From positions 16,012 to 80,011 of the IMG/VR virus record IMGVR_UViG_3300023181_000028: a DNA stretch of 64,000 nt. One strand, given 5' to 3'. This stretch comes from a virus. This document shows positions 29,701 to 39,094 of this stretch, in pieces. Position 1 is the stretch's first letter. Each line of letters begins with the position of its first letter. The translations under genes and the position numbers were made by a program. The notes beneath the pieces were generated by a model that was not told where the DNA came from, made no database searches, and saw only the letters and a list, made by a program, of their open reading frames with translations.

Positions 29701-31184
29701 TAATTATTTCCATTGTAGAATACAGGCCCATTTGAATCATTTGTAACTAACCAATGACTATATGGAGGAATTGCATTAGGCCCCGTAGGATTATTAAATG
29801 GATCATAGTCTAAAGGAACATATGTCATCACATTTGAACAACTTGGCCCTGCCGCCCAATTATTATCTCTGTGCGCGGGAATAGGGTAGTCAAACTGTTC
29901 AATAGTTACACTTGACTTATCAAAAGCAAACTCTCCTCTTTCTGTAATGTTTCCAATAAGAATATAGTTCTTATTAGTGGTCATTGTTTTACAGGTCAAA
30001 ATACTTGCAGGGAATAGCGTTAACTCATTTAAAGTTAAAGTACCTAAGTTTATATTACTTGAATGCTCAAATTGCATAGAAGCACTTGTAATGGCTTCAT
30101 CTAAAATAATAGCTAGGTTTCTTGGAACATCCACTAATTGATCGAACTCCGCAACTGCAATCTGTATTCTTTGAAAGTTTAAATCTATATTGTTAACAAC
30201 AAGCACAACACTCTTACCGCTGTTAACTAAGGATGTAGGTGTTCCGCCACCAACGTCATTAAAATAGTCGTTAGAATCACCTAACCTTACAGGAACCGGA
30301 AAACTACCATAAGACCATGATGTATAAATACCCTCAGTTGGATTACCCAGCCTGTAGAAGTACATTTTATTGCCGCAATACAAACTACCCGTTCCGTATT
30401 GACCAAAATAAATATTACCTAAACTCCTTGAGGGAGTAAAACTTAATAACTGATAAGCTACGTAGCGAATAACCTTTGGAGTGGGAGCTGTACCTGTAAC
30501 AGATGTGTAATTAGCATTTACAGCAGTGAATACATTGCCTACAATCGTTCCGGCGACACTTGGCCCATACTGAACCCCATTATGCGTTATAACACCCTCT
30601 AATACCATGTATTGAGTTCCGGTTATTAATCCACCACTAGCTATATAGGTAGTGTAAATAGGGTTGCCAATGTCAATAACACGCGGTTCATTCAAATCGT
30701 CAGTCCAATACACCCTTTGAATGTCATCGTTCTCCTGAAAAGCAAAGCCTTCTATTTGTTGGAGTTTAGTAAACTTGAGATCAGAACTGTGATATAAAGG
30801 AACATAACCGTCGTTGTTATTGCCTGCCACTATAACCGGAGCAACACCTTCTCCATAAGGTTGGTAATTAATTAATCCAATCTCCCCATATCCGCCAGCT
30901 TCACTTTCGCTATTCGTGGAAAACACTACTAATTTATCAGGGAATGAAATAAAGCCTATTGGCATAGGGGGCAAATCAAATGTAGTTGAAGTACCACCGT
31001 ATCGGATATTAATAACAAACGTCCTTACATTACCTAAACAGTCTTTAATCACATAGTTATTACCATCCTGAGATAATAAACTACAATTAACACAATGTCT
31101 GTATGTACCATCAGGCTGATAAAGGACATTGTAGTCCTTAGTCATACCCTTATTAAATGTGTTTACGTGTGATTGCATTACCAA
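26748..31184 (-). CDS. tail muzzle/stabilisation protein (crAss-type)
   Basis: 1478 aa; NTFNKGM.KD, VYWTD..N.PR, YRYGI..YD..G, VFGGDCF, YG.QHQW, YDPK motifs; synteny. Confidence 0.85.
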   Translation of the reverse strand: MVMQSHVNTFNKGMTKDYNVLYQPDGTYRHCVNCSLLSQDGNNYVIKDCLGNVRTFVINIRYGGTSTTFDLPPMPIGFISFPDKLVVFSTNSESEAGGYGEIGLINYQPYGEGVAPVIVAGNNNDGYVPLYHSSDLKFTKLQQIEGFAFQENDDIQRVYWTDDLNEPRVIDIGNPIYTTYIASGGLITGTQYMVLEGVITHNGVQYGPSVAGTIVGNVFTAVNANYTSVTGTAPTPKVIRYVAYQLLSFTPSRSLGNIYFGQYGTGSLYCGNKMYFYRLGNPTEGIYTSWSYGSFPVPVRLGDSNDYFNDVGGGTPTSLVNSGKSVVLVVNNIDLNFQRIQIAVAEFDQLVDVPRNLAIILDEAITSASMQFEHSSNINLGTLTLNELTLFPASILTCKTMTTNKNYILIGNITERGEFAFDKSSVTIEQFDYPIPAHRDNNWAAGPSCSNVMTYVPLDYDPFNNPTGPNAIPPYSHWLVTNDSNGPVFYNGNNYNAGDVFVGVPGVFTVTIPLGSTIGPCASRNKYTTTGGTPRPDALLLSSGYWDYKDPTVAHHVKGIWEGDKYRYGILFYDLKGNPFYVRHLADIETAYGNSVPFLGNGGPTLIEADNDGNVLYTLQTGVRFSGITISPEIAAQISGFSIVRAERDPKILTQGLLFQTTDSYATVSGYTVIQPASVHKLSKDNSPGSRAKFYSFICPDNLVDFPITNFGDGISDGSLSIEEAYWVGPRDQAQNQLGDAGYLKSVTPASNEFETKYFDTLGYAGAEPQTEVIKSKFDVAEKANLAQFSNTTIYYQNVTDTGNAVNIDTECFSGVPNTTNTLPLNTVGVGGLRAILELTDDTLLDYNVATTYASIPNSGVRKMMVNIINTKTNQYGGNSEAALSTTNYISTGHFQPITPAVLADTLSGGNYVFNDVEVFGGDCFTQLVDYGYALYDDAAVKPIDGSPTGSYSWGIKFPCQSNANYALRTGVPKRKIAPDFMHSNPTPGNGIYYKLGTSSQLEGFQYNQGYSSDGNFVAYPALPLNYSTSNTFRYRIRFGGEKFPGELINSFRTFLINDRKDTDGHGGEINNLRTKDGRTFVWQNSAIDLIPILERQLISGLDGAETSLGTGGVVERFDPVTSYYGNQHQWGLTATEYGWAWFDMRRKAVVTLSLGEGVSEISKVEGLEGFFNEAFLEVIGNTSAISNNLLNDPMFTKYSDRPLIGVGVCGVYDPKFKMTYLTFKFIQRGVTVKYNKDFTIGYSHTDKQFIGFYDKTPAISWNHNQIVIHANNPKNKVKYYGTGMNGTLFEVGDVVPYMNAEYICIAEVDIASYPGVGDEVPGYPGSIYWAKINQTNELWVDNQPRLLGQAVAPDYLYNSVFGQVINNLLQFVVNPRSQNPFSVLNIEQEGNMENITDLYIEAEDQTAQDVNIRSTSRFYRKIYDKITSNLPLSRAGRITNSYLLMTFRKKNWNTDPRVVSRGVKILRLVTSFFESKR

Positions 31185-31912
31185 GTAGAATTATCTAGTG
31201 TAGTGTGCATTCCGGCACTTAATGAAATCCCTATGTAGGGATTGTGTAGTATGCCATAAACAATCTCTTGTCTATCAACATCACTTATCTGAGAGTCTAA
31301 AGCGCGGGCATGAGAACATTCCCTGTGCCATTCTTCTCTGGCCATATTCATCTTACCGTATTCCAAGCTATTCATTCCCTTCATACGGTAAAAATACCTC
31401 CAAATAATAAACTCCGTTATAGCCTGAACGTGATTCTCTCCCACAAGGTAAAACCCTTCGCAATCTGTTTCCTGTGCTAAATATTTGATTGTTATCGCGC
31501 GGCTTGTACAATTATGGTCGAACACTAATTTATTGTTCTGAATAGTGTAATTAAGGCTTCCATTAAAGTTACCATCTCCGCCAACATCCACAATCAAGAA
31601 TGTAGGAATCTCGAATGTAGACGTAGTATTTATCCACGAGCAAGCTCTATCCATCAAAGCATCACAATGACACCCATGATCGCCATTAACAGCCAACTGA
31701 ATATGAATAGCCTCACTAGGCAAACAAGCAATGCCGTGTTCGATATTTAGAACAGCAATCTTAGGCACATACTGAGCTTTGCTTCCAATCTCCTTTTCAG
31801 CCATTGTAGCCCATCTTGTAAATAAAGGGATTAACTTGTCATGATCTATACCAAGTCTGTCCATTGCGTCTACAATAGGGTTCTTTATGGATATAAGTTT
31901 GTTAATTGACAT
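31178..31912 (-). CDS. tail ring/tubular protein
   Basis: Directly upstream of muzzle; W...AEKEIG, YTIQN, I.Y.A..TD.EG. Confidence 0.7.
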   Translation of the reverse strand: MSINKLISIKNPIVDAMDRLGIDHDKLIPLFTRWATMAEKEIGSKAQYVPKIAVLNIEHGIACLPSEAIHIQLAVNGDHGCHCDALMDRACSWINTTSTFEIPTFLIVDVGGDGNFNGSLNYTIQNNKLVFDHNCTSRAITIKYLAQETDCEGFYLVGENHVQAITEFIIWRYFYRMKGMNSLEYGKMNMAREEWHRECSHARALDSQISDVDRQEIVYGILHNPYIGISLSAGMHTTLDNSTW

Positions 31913-32360
31913 TCTCTATTCTATAATATGTATAAGTATTCTTTAATTCTTCGTGTACCCTGTGAGACATTTTCCTATCCGGCTGAAACACTAATTTACC
32001 CTTGTAATTCTTATCCTCCAACACAATCTTGTACTTAACATCCGGTCTACCTTCAAACTTTACAGCCTTCTTAATCTTTCCGGCTTTAGTTATGTTTCTT
32101 CCCGCCACTAGCAATCCAAAAGTTTTAGCATCCTCCACAATCTTCGTCCCAACTATCTCAAGACTAAAATTACTATCTACCTGCACCTTCCCCATTTTTA
32201 ACAAGGGCTTAGTCAACCCATACTCCACATACTCCCTTAATATCTTATCAACGTCACTAAGCTTAATAGTCTTTTTAAACCTAGCCCTCATCATTTTCTT
32301 AGCCCTACGCCTCAATACAGGCATATTAAAGGGCTTTGCTTGCGTCATCTTTGCTGTCAT
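31902..32360 (-). CDS. IHF/HU-like basic protein
   Basis: G.VQVD.NF.LEIV; sits between ring genes as in crAss-like phages; true start may be internal. Confidence 0.5.
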   Translation of the reverse strand: MTAKMTQAKPFNMPVLRRRAKKMMRARFKKTIKLSDVDKILREYVEYGLTKPLLKMGKVQVDSNFSLEIVGTKIVEDAKTFGLLVAGRNITKAGKIKKAVKFEGRPDVKYKIVLEDKNYKGKLVFQPDRKMSHRVHEELKNTYTYYRIENVN

Positions 32361-33156
32361 TCCTAATGTCCGCTACTTGCTGCCTTTCAATATTAAATTC
32401 CTTCGTTAGTATTTCTAATTCAATCTGTCTCATCATCTCTCCACCAGCAGGATAAGGATCAGTGTCCTTATAAGCTACAAACTGAGAATATAAATAAACG
32501 CTTCCCGAACCCTGATAAGTAGTGTCGGTTACAGCAGTGAACGATGTACATGGTTCTAACACTACCCCTTCATAAACTATCTGATTTCCTAAAACATAAT
32601 ACTTGATTCCTGGAACTAAAGTTGTAACGGGAGCAGAATTAATTAAAAATCCTTCCGCCGGATCTAACAATATGCCTATAAACCTTAGTTTCTCTACAAC
32701 CCTATCCACATAGATAGTTGTATTAACCCTTGCGTACTTAGCAAATAGTTTATTAGTATGACCTTCGGGAGTATATCTCCACTGAGACATTCTACTTGGG
32801 TAATATGTTGTTTTACCACATAAAGATATAAGGCTATAAACACCTAAATCCAAGTTACCGTCTTTACTCTGTAATGTTATAGTTTGAGGGATAGTGGACT
32901 TGGATATATCCCAGCAGCATGATTGATCTACTGTATCTCCCGATGTAACCCTATGAAATGTTAAATGAGTTCCTTCTGATAGCCAAGCAAAGTCTATAAC
33001 GCCTGTACGTGCGTATTGAGCGATAATAAACTCTGCCCTAACCTGATTGTATTTGTATAACAGCCAGTCGTCATCAAGCCTCGAATCATCAGTTATGCCG
33101 AAACGGGCAAGGATGTTCTTTAAGCTATCAATTGCATTTTTGGCTGTTTGTGGCAT
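32326..33156 (-). CDS. tail ring protein
   Basis: TDDSRLD..W......RA, DPYP, DIRNDSKD; synteny. Confidence 0.7.
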   Translation of the reverse strand: MPQTAKNAIDSLKNILARFGITDDSRLDDDWLLYKYNQVRAEFIIAQYARTGVIDFAWLSEGTHLTFHRVTSGDTVDQSCCWDISKSTIPQTITLQSKDGNLDLGVYSLISLCGKTTYYPSRMSQWRYTPEGHTNKLFAKYARVNTTIYVDRVVEKLRFIGILLDPAEGFLINSAPVTTLVPGIKYYVLGNQIVYEGVVLEPCTSFTAVTDTTYQGSGSVYLYSQFVAYKDTDPYPAGGEMMRQIELEILTKEFNIERQQVADIRNDSKDDASKAL

Positions 33157-33160
33157 AAAG

Positions 33161-33168
33161 CAAATATA
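33161..33168 (-). promoter_or_regulatory. sigma-A-type -7 element TATATTTG; near-leaderless
   Basis: 4 nt upstream of ATG at 33156. Confidence 0.65.
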
Positions 33169-33172
33169 CTAC

Positions 33173-33583
33173 TTAATGTATTAGGATAATCAGGCCGGAT
33201 AATATTAATGTAGTGCAGCCAAATATTAACGTGGTAGACTTGAAGTTCTTTAACTTCTTTTCCTGCTTGTTGTATTTAATTACAAGTTCATCATTAGCCT
33301 CTTTACGCGCGGCAATCTCATCATTCTTAACCTTCAATATAGACTCGTGTTTATCGTAACTGTCCGCCATCTTCAATATAATGCGATTTAAGCCTTTTAT
33401 CTTATCAGCCTTTAATGTAGTATCAATTCTCAGGAATTGCGCGTCACGTTGCTCAAAAAGCAGGTAATCAATGCGCTCAACTGACATACATATAATGGAA
33501 TCATTTTCCTGTGCCTTTAAAGAGACTGTCGATGTAACGAATACGAGAAGCGGTAGTAAAATTCTTAAACTGTTTTTTAGCAT
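33173..33583 (-). CDS. spanin-like protein (signal peptide, coiled coil, C-terminal TM)
   Basis: Topology; overlaps upstream spanin-like gene; near endolysin. Confidence 0.5.
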   Translation of the reverse strand: MLKNSLRILLPLLVFVTSTVSLKAQENDSIICMSVERIDYLLFEQRDAQFLRIDTTLKADKIKGLNRIILKMADSYDKHESILKVKNDEIAARKEANDELVIKYNKQEKKLKNFKSTTLIFGCTTLILSGLIILIH

Positions 33584-33827
33584 CTGAGAGATTTTTAAAG
33601 TTAATTTTAGATAATGAGTCTGTATGACGAAGGTATTGTTTAAATACTAATATAGAGTCATTATTACCCTTTATAATCATATTAAGACTATCCTCCCTGC
33701 GTAGATAAGCACTATTGTCAAATGTTTTTTCAACGGGAGGTTTTACAGTGCATGATTTTAATCCCCATCCTATTCCGCCGAATAAGACCGCAATAGCGCA
33801 TATAATATAAAGATCTCTTTTACTCAT
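33501..33827 (-). CDS. spanin-like membrane/lipoprotein
   Basis: Start MSKRDLY; TM ending GLKSC; TACATTTA element at 33833-33840. Confidence 0.5.
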   Translation of the reverse strand: MSKRDLYIICAIAVLFGGIGWGLKSCTVKPPVEKTFDNSAYLRREDSLNMIIKGNNDSILVFKQYLRHTDSLSKINFKNLSDAKKQFKNFTTASRIRYIDSLFKGTGK

Positions 33828-33848
33828 AACGGTAAATGTAAAAATAAA

Positions 33849-33873
33849 TGAAACCTTTTGCAAATAATTGCGT
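33849..33873 (+). promoter_or_regulatory. ECF-type promoter of plus-strand island 3
   Basis: TGAAAC-N16-CGTA. Confidence 0.7.
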
Positions 33874-33894
33874 AATAATACAAAACTTAAAAAC

Positions 33895-34302
33895 ATGGAA
33901 ACAAAAACATTAGAAGATTTCAGGGCAAACATTCAAGAGTTTGCGGACAAATTCAATTTACATTATAACGAAGAAGGTGAATGCGGATTCGGTCGAGAAT
34001 GTGTAGGATTGTCTAAAAACAATAATTACGTGGAATATAATCCGACAAGTAGTCAGAATTACGAAAACATCCCTGAATTTTACGACGAAAGACTTTTAGA
34101 TATAGTGCCAGAAGATGCGTATCATAAACATGATTGTTTAGCTGTTTTAGGACGTGGAGAAAACGCTATTCGTCAATTATCCGAATGGGTAGATAAACTA
34201 AAAGAATTAAATTGCACGGTTGAATCTTTTGACACTGGAAACACTGGCATTCAAGCTATTCTTTCTGGAACTATTAGATACGCAGTTAAGATTAACGATT
34301 AA
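33895..34302 (+). CDS. hypothetical phage protein inserted antisense in lysis cassette
   Basis: METKT...; EGECGFGRECVG, AYHKHDCLAVLG. Confidence 0.75.
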   Translation: METKTLEDFRANIQEFADKFNLHYNEEGECGFGRECVGLSKNNNYVEYNPTSSQNYENIPEFYDERLLDIVPEDAYHKHDCLAVLGRGENAIRQLSEWVDKLKELNCTVESFDTGNTGIQAILSGTIRYAVKIND

Positions 34303-34583
34303 TCCTTCTTATCAGGCGAATTAAGGGTGGCACCGTCTACATTTTCAATGTTATCCACTTGAATGTTAGCCTTGTCATCCTTATTTCTTTTAGAGCTTAC
34401 AAAATAATATCCTAAAGCCAGCATAGCCATAGCATTACTATTCTGTAATATAATAGTGGTGTTAGTCTCAGTAGTGCGTACCTGACGCAATAAAACTAAT
34501 ATATTAACAGTGCCGTCTAATAGGATTATAAGCAGCCCTATAATGGCTGTAATAGTCATATTTTCCTTTAGCCACGCTTTCAT
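34299..34583 (-). CDS. putative holin
   Basis: Two TM segments, GYYF.SSK, directly after endolysin. Confidence 0.6.
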   Translation of the reverse strand: MKAWLKENMTITAIIGLLIILLDGTVNILVLLRQVRTTETNTTIILQNSNAMAMLALGYYFVSSKRNKDDKANIQVDNIENVDGATLNSPDKKD

Positions 34584-35167
34584 TACACCCTCTTGTTTAA
34601 ATCTACATTAGTAGTGATACCATTAACAAGTCCTTTCTGCGTGTATTGCCACAAAACAGGTTTAACCCATCCTTTAGGAATTTTATAACTATCTGAATAA
34701 GCCGCCACCCATAAAGGCACATTACCCAAATCGTGGTTCGCAGGTAAGTTCTCATTCAGAAACGGAGTGTAAGAATAAATCCAATAGTCGCTCACCCCAT
34801 TAGCCTCCATCTCTTTAAAAAATGACTTAATCCACAATAGCACCTTATCTTTTGGCAACTTAGAAGCATTAGTCTCTAAATCCAATACATAAGGCATCTC
34901 AGGATTAAAATTCTTAGTGATGCTCAGAAAGTACTTAGCTTCCGTTTTAGCGTCATTAACTACGTCAACGGCATTCAGACTAGCAAAATGATAGAACCCT
35001 ATCTTAAATCCAACCTTTTTGGCCTCCACTGCATTAAAAGTCATGTTAGCGTCCTTAAATCCAACACCCTCACTTGCTTTAATATAAACACCCTCTATTG
35101 CAGGTACATTACTTTTAACTGTCTTCCAGTCAATCTTCTTTTGCCATTTACTTACATCTATTATCAT
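34583..35167 (-). CDS. GH25 muramidase endolysin
   Basis: IDVSKWQ..IDW, YIKASEG, GFYHF, LDLE, LWVAAY, WQYT..G.V.GI...VDLN. Confidence 0.92.
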   Translation of the reverse strand: MIIDVSKWQKKIDWKTVKSNVPAIEGVYIKASEGVGFKDANMTFNAVEAKKVGFKIGFYHFASLNAVDVVNDAKTEAKYFLSITKNFNPEMPYVLDLETNASKLPKDKVLLWIKSFFKEMEANGVSDYWIYSYTPFLNENLPANHDLGNVPLWVAAYSDSYKIPKGWVKPVLWQYTQKGLVNGITTNVDLNKRV

Positions 35168-35604
35168 TGTGGTGGGCTTTTAGTGATTTTAATTTTAGGC
35201 ACGTATTTTAATGTGTCCGGCCAGTTTCTCTTACTTACTGTATCAGTTTTGATATCTATGTGATCCTCCAACTTGGGAGAAGCAAGTATAACTATTCTTT
35301 TAATCTTTTTTTTATTCTCAGCCTTTTTAGGCATCTTTAAAGCGCTAAAATCCCTTTTTTGTAGTTCGATAAGCGCCGGATTTGAAGAGTCGTTTATGTG
35401 GTAGTTATTCAGGAATGTGGGGGCTAATTCCACAGAATATTCATTCATTATTTCCCCATATAAATTATTCTTCAGGTCTAAACTATGCACGGCAAACCAA
35501 GCCCCGAACATCTCAAATATTACAAATGATAATAATATTAAAGATTTTGCCGTCTTTAAAAAGTCTAATATACCATCTAAAATATTAATGGTTATGGCTT
35601 TCAT
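35164..35604 (-). CDS. membrane protein
   Basis: Single TM; lysis region. Confidence 0.6.
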   Translation of the reverse strand: MKAITINILDGILDFLKTAKSLILLSFVIFEMFGAWFAVHSLDLKNNLYGEIMNEYSVELAPTFLNNYHINDSSNPALIELQKRDFSALKMPKKAENKKKIKRIVILASPKLEDHIDIKTDTVSKRNWPDTLKYVPKIKITKSPPQ

Positions 35605-35797
35605 ATTGCTTCATTAATAAATTCACATTCACTTTAAGCTCCGCAATGGTTATTTTAATATCTGTCATAGCCTCCGCGTTTGTTGCCCAATCCTTATTAT
35701 AAGCAAAAAAGCAGCCAACGATAAGAGTTATAACACTGAGGTATTCTTTTATATAGTCCCAAAATGTTTTAGGCTCTGGCTTCTTTGCTGCTGTCAC
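35585..35797 (-). CDS. small TM + coiled-coil protein
   Basis: Hydrophobic segment followed by heptads. Confidence 0.6.
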   Translation of the reverse strand: MTAAKKPEPKTFWDYIKEYLSVITLIVGCFFAYNKDWATNAEAMTDIKITIAELKVNVNLLMKQYESHNH

Positions 35798-36182
35798 TTA
35801 TATTTGGATAAAGTTTATAAATCAAAACAAATATTGTAAATACAAATATAACCTTATCTACAATACCAAAACTGTATACATTAGCATAAGTTCTTTCCCA
35901 CGCATCTGTCAAAATCAAATTACACGGAACCGTTAATATCGCTCCCACAAATCTATGTCCAAAGTAAGCACAAAGCAAACTACACACACTAACAAATGCT
36001 GCGGTAATTAAAGATAATATCCTTTTTTCCAACCTATAACCATCTTGCCAGCAATAAATATCATCACACATAGTAGGGTATTTCATTCTCACGTATGTGT
36101 CTTTATACATAAACCAATAAGTTGCAAGAATTACCAAGCAACTTATTAGCGTAATGTACATTATTTTAATCCTCTTACTCAC
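35769..36182 (-). CDS. multi-pass membrane protein
   Basis: About four hydrophobic segments. Confidence 0.6.
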   Translation of the reverse strand: MSKRIKIMYITLISCLVILATYWFMYKDTYVRMKYPTMCDDIYCWQDGYRLEKRILSLITAAFVSVCSLLCAYFGHRFVGAILTVPCNLILTDAWERTYANVYSFGIVDKVIFVFTIFVLIYKLYPNISDSSKEARA

Positions 36183-36373
36183 TAGTGAGGTTTTGGTGGA
36201 CGTGGAGGTAAATCTTCATTCCATGTTTCCACAACAGCGTCAATTCGCCTTGCAATAGCCTCAGCAATAGACTCATTATACGGAAAGTCAAATGTTCCAG
36301 TACTGTCATATTCAGTTTTTATAGCCGCAATCTCGGCTTGAAGCGCTGAATCTAAATCATTAATTTTACTCAT
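36182..36373 (-). CDS. small hypothetical protein
   Basis: Pro-rich C-terminus PPRPPKPH. Confidence 0.65.
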   Translation of the reverse strand: MSKINDLDSALQAEIAAIKTEYDSTGTFDFPYNESIAEAIARRIDAVVETWNEDLPPRPPKPH

Positions 36374-36400
36374 AGTTTATTTATTTTTTATTGTTTATAA

Positions 36401-37312
36401 TTAAAAGCTTGATTTTACATATTTATAAATATCCGCGTCTGGCTGTGCTGTATTTGCATCTAATCCGCCAATGGTCATAAATTCATCAAGCGTATTCACT
36501 ACCATGCCACTAGCATGCCTCCTACGTGGACTGTAAGGCGCTTTAAGCCAATTGCGACCAAAGTCACCTGAATAATAAAGTCCATCCGTGACGTTAGCCA
36601 CCTGATACCAAATTAATCCAGCCCATACAATTCCGGTAGAAAATAATCCTCCCATATTTGTTGGAAGCGTGGCAACCTCAGTCCAGCTTACACCAGAATT
36701 AATACTTTCAATTACCTTGTAATTTAAAACCTCGCCATCATTATAAAGCCCTCCGGCAATATAAATAAAGCGAGTAGAACTTATTGCATAAAATACCCCA
36801 GCAGAAGACGTAACTAATGGTAAATTACCCATATCCGTAACTACACCTGCCGCTGTTATTCTATAAAGTTTTAATAAAGCGGTAGCGCCAACCCCATTTG
36901 GTTGAGTTTGACCGCCTGCAATGTAAAAATTTGTACCGTCAAATCCCCTACCAGCTACATAAACACCTGGTATATCTAAAGCGGCAGTTATTAAAGTCCA
37001 TGTGTTAGCGATGTAATCGTACTCATACATATCCACAGCACTATCTCCACCTACCACGTACCCCTTGTTCCCTATAACTCCACTTGTAAACCAATGTCTT
37101 CCTGTGCCGGGAAATGACGCTACAGAAGTCCATGCGCCAACTCCATTGTTTGTATTTTTATAACAATTTGTAATATAAGTTGTGCCATTCCATCCCATCA
37201 CCTTAACTAAGGTTCCATCTGGGAATAGCCATACGGCATGACTGTCAGTCTTTATAAAACCAGCATCCGCAGTAACTAATGTTTGTTGAAATTTATAAGG
37301 TGTTCTTGCCAT
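36401..37312 (-). CDS. Kelch-repeat beta-propeller protein
   Basis: YVVGG...YD...NTWT, YIAGG repeats. Confidence 0.75.
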   Translation of the reverse strand: MARTPYKFQQTLVTADAGFIKTDSHAVWLFPDGTLVKVMGWNGTTYITNCYKNTNNGVGAWTSVASFPGTGRHWFTSGVIGNKGYVVGGDSAVDMYEYDYIANTWTLITAALDIPGVYVAGRGFDGTNFYIAGGQTQPNGVGATALLKLYRITAAGVVTDMGNLPLVTSSAGVFYAISSTRFIYIAGGLYNDGEVLNYKVIESINSGVSWTEVATLPTNMGGLFSTGIVWAGLIWYQVANVTDGLYYSGDFGRNWLKAPYSPRRRHASGMVVNTLDEFMTIGGLDANTAQPDADIYKYVKSSF

Positions 37313-37314
37313 AA

Positions 37315-38220
37315 TTACGCGGGTGAATAAAATCTAAGTCTAACAATTCCATCCGCTCCATCTCCTCCGTTGCCACCAGTTCCACTTCCAGGCGCGCCAC
37401 CACCGCCGCCACCACTTCCCGGAGAACTTCCGTTACCTCCGTTAGCAGCGCCAACAGCTCCATTTCCACCACCACCATCACCACCTAAACCTGGAATCCT
37501 ACCAACGTAACATCCACCGCCGCCACCAGCAGCATCTTTAGTTCCTGTGATTAATGACAGCGTTCCGTCACCACCTTTACCTGTTATAGCCCCATCACCA
37601 CCAACTTCAAATGTACTTCCGCCCCCGCCTCCGCGATAAGGTTCATTATTATTTATTGACTGACCTCCGTTATTATCTGCACCTATACCTCCCGGACTTG
37701 GAGCGCCAGCTTGACCACCACCTCCACCTCCGTTACCACCATTGCCTGCCGCTAAAGAGTCAATACCAACACCTCCATAGCCACCACCCTCTGATGTTAT
37801 TCCGTTAAAATAAGAATCACCACCCTTTGTACCTACAGTTGGAGCAGAAACACCTTGAATGCCAGCTATTCCACCTACACCCTTAGCCCCTACAAATATT
37901 GCATAAGGCATTGCTAGTGGCCTAAATGTACCAGACTTCCATTGTCCTGCACCACCGCCGCCAGAAGCAGCTCCATTTCCAGTTCCGCCGCCTCCACCTC
38001 CGCCTCCCGGAACAACTTCATAATAAACATCACCATCCGAACTATCAGGAACGAATGTAAAGTCTATTTGATAAGTTGTAGCAAGAGGAAATATTATTTC
38101 TTTATAATTACCATCCTGAGTAACAGTTCCGTCAGTCCCAAATTGCATGAATTGAGAACCTGAGCCACCTATTAAGTTTCTTCTAAAAAACGGGGATTTG
38201 GCTATACCTTTTCCGGGCAT
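37315..38220 (-). CDS. glycine-rich structural protein
   Basis: GGGGGG tracts, VG..G.GG, G.GG.GADGIVRLR. Confidence 0.7.
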   Translation of the reverse strand: MPGKGIAKSPFFRRNLIGGSGSQFMQFGTDGTVTQDGNYKEIIFPLATTYQIDFTFVPDSSDGDVYYEVVPGGGGGGGGTGNGAASGGGGAGQWKSGTFRPLAMPYAIFVGAKGVGGIAGIQGVSAPTVGTKGGDSYFNGITSEGGGYGGVGIDSLAAGNGGNGGGGGGQAGAPSPGGIGADNNGGQSINNNEPYRGGGGGSTFEVGGDGAITGKGGDGTLSLITGTKDAAGGGGGCYVGRIPGLGGDGGGGNGAVGAANGGNGSSPGSGGGGGGAPGSGTGGNGGDGADGIVRLRFYSPA

Positions 38221-38221
38221 A

Positions 38222-38545
38222 TTATGAGTACGCTAGAATTGAACCTGACGCTAAAGTAATAGCTGTTATAGTATAACCATTAGGAACTATTAAAAGATCC
38301 ACTGTGTTTAATGTAAGGCCGGAAATATTAAACTCAGTTAAAAAATTAACAGTCGTTCCGCTTGCATTAGTTCCCGACAGAAGAGATATCACGGTAGCCT
38401 CTCTTGGCTGTATAGACGACACGCTTAACCCCGTTCTTGCGTTAGTATCAGCGTAAACCTTAGTTCCGCCATTTGCGCCCATTTTGTTTAAATTCGGATT
38501 GTTAAGTATCGCGTGTAAAAGCGCACTAAAATATTTATATTCCAT
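38222..38545 (-). CDS. small structural protein
   Basis: Ends ITAITLASGSILAY; structural context. Confidence 0.6.
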   Translation of the reverse strand: MEYKYFSALLHAILNNPNLNKMGANGGTKVYADTNARTGLSVSSIQPREATVISLLSGTNASGTTVNFLTEFNISGLTLNTVDLLIVPNGYTITAITLASGSILAYS

Positions 38546-38570
38546 TGAATGTAATTTTGATAAAAGTACA

Positions 38571-38600
38571 AAAAAAAAGGAGAACTTTCGCTCTCCCTTA
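38571..38600 (-). terminator. intrinsic terminator
   Basis: GGAGAGC-GAAA-GTTCTCC followed by T-run on minus strand. Confidence 0.8.
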
Positions 38601-38603
38601 AAT

Positions 38604-39047
38604 TTAAGATTTAATCTCGAAGCCTATAGTTAAGACCCCGTTTAAAGCGTTCGTCGCATGAGTGTTGACAATCACAATGTCGAAAGTAGTAGCAGTTCTA
38701 TTCTTCACAATTACAGAAGGAACACCATTAGTTAAAATAGTTCCTGCGTAATCCGTAATATAAGCCTCCACATTTGCAGTAGCAGATGTAGAAGAGTTAG
38801 TTACAGTGAATGTAGAGGCCGCTAAACCTGCCGTAGTTGCATTGAAAGTAGTAATTAACCCTTTGGTGCCATTTAAGGTTACGCCCGTTGTAAGGGAGGT
38901 TAATTGAGTTGCTGTATTGGTTGCCACAATAAGCATAGTTTGACTTACAATAGTAACGTCATTAGGCAATATGCCCGGAGCAACGTTCCCTATTCTAGCA
39001 AGTCTTTGTAAAACGTATCTAACGTTATCTTTTAATGTTAATACCAT
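38604..39047 (-). CDS. head fibre/decoration-like protein
   Basis: TQLTS.TTGVTLN...G.IT, FTVTNS; own terminator. Confidence 0.55.
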   Translation of the reverse strand: MVLTLKDNVRYVLQRLARIGNVAPGILPNDVTIVSQTMLIVATNTATQLTSLTTGVTLNGTKGLITTFNATTAGLAASTFTVTNSSTSATANVEAYITDYAGTILTNGVPSVIVKNRTATTFDIVIVNTHATNALNGVLTIGFEIKS

Positions 39048-39060
39048 AATATTTAGGTTT

Positions 39061-39085
39061 AAAAGGGGGCTTTTTACACCCCCTA
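39061..39085 (-). terminator. intrinsic terminator
   Basis: AGGGGG-loop-CCCCCT followed by TTT on minus strand. Confidence 0.75.
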
Positions 39086-39094
39086 AATTAATAA

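Noticed and set aside
37315-38220. GC-rich low-complexity stretch as a foreign element or repeat array
   Set aside because: Explained by Gly codons of a glycine-rich structural protein
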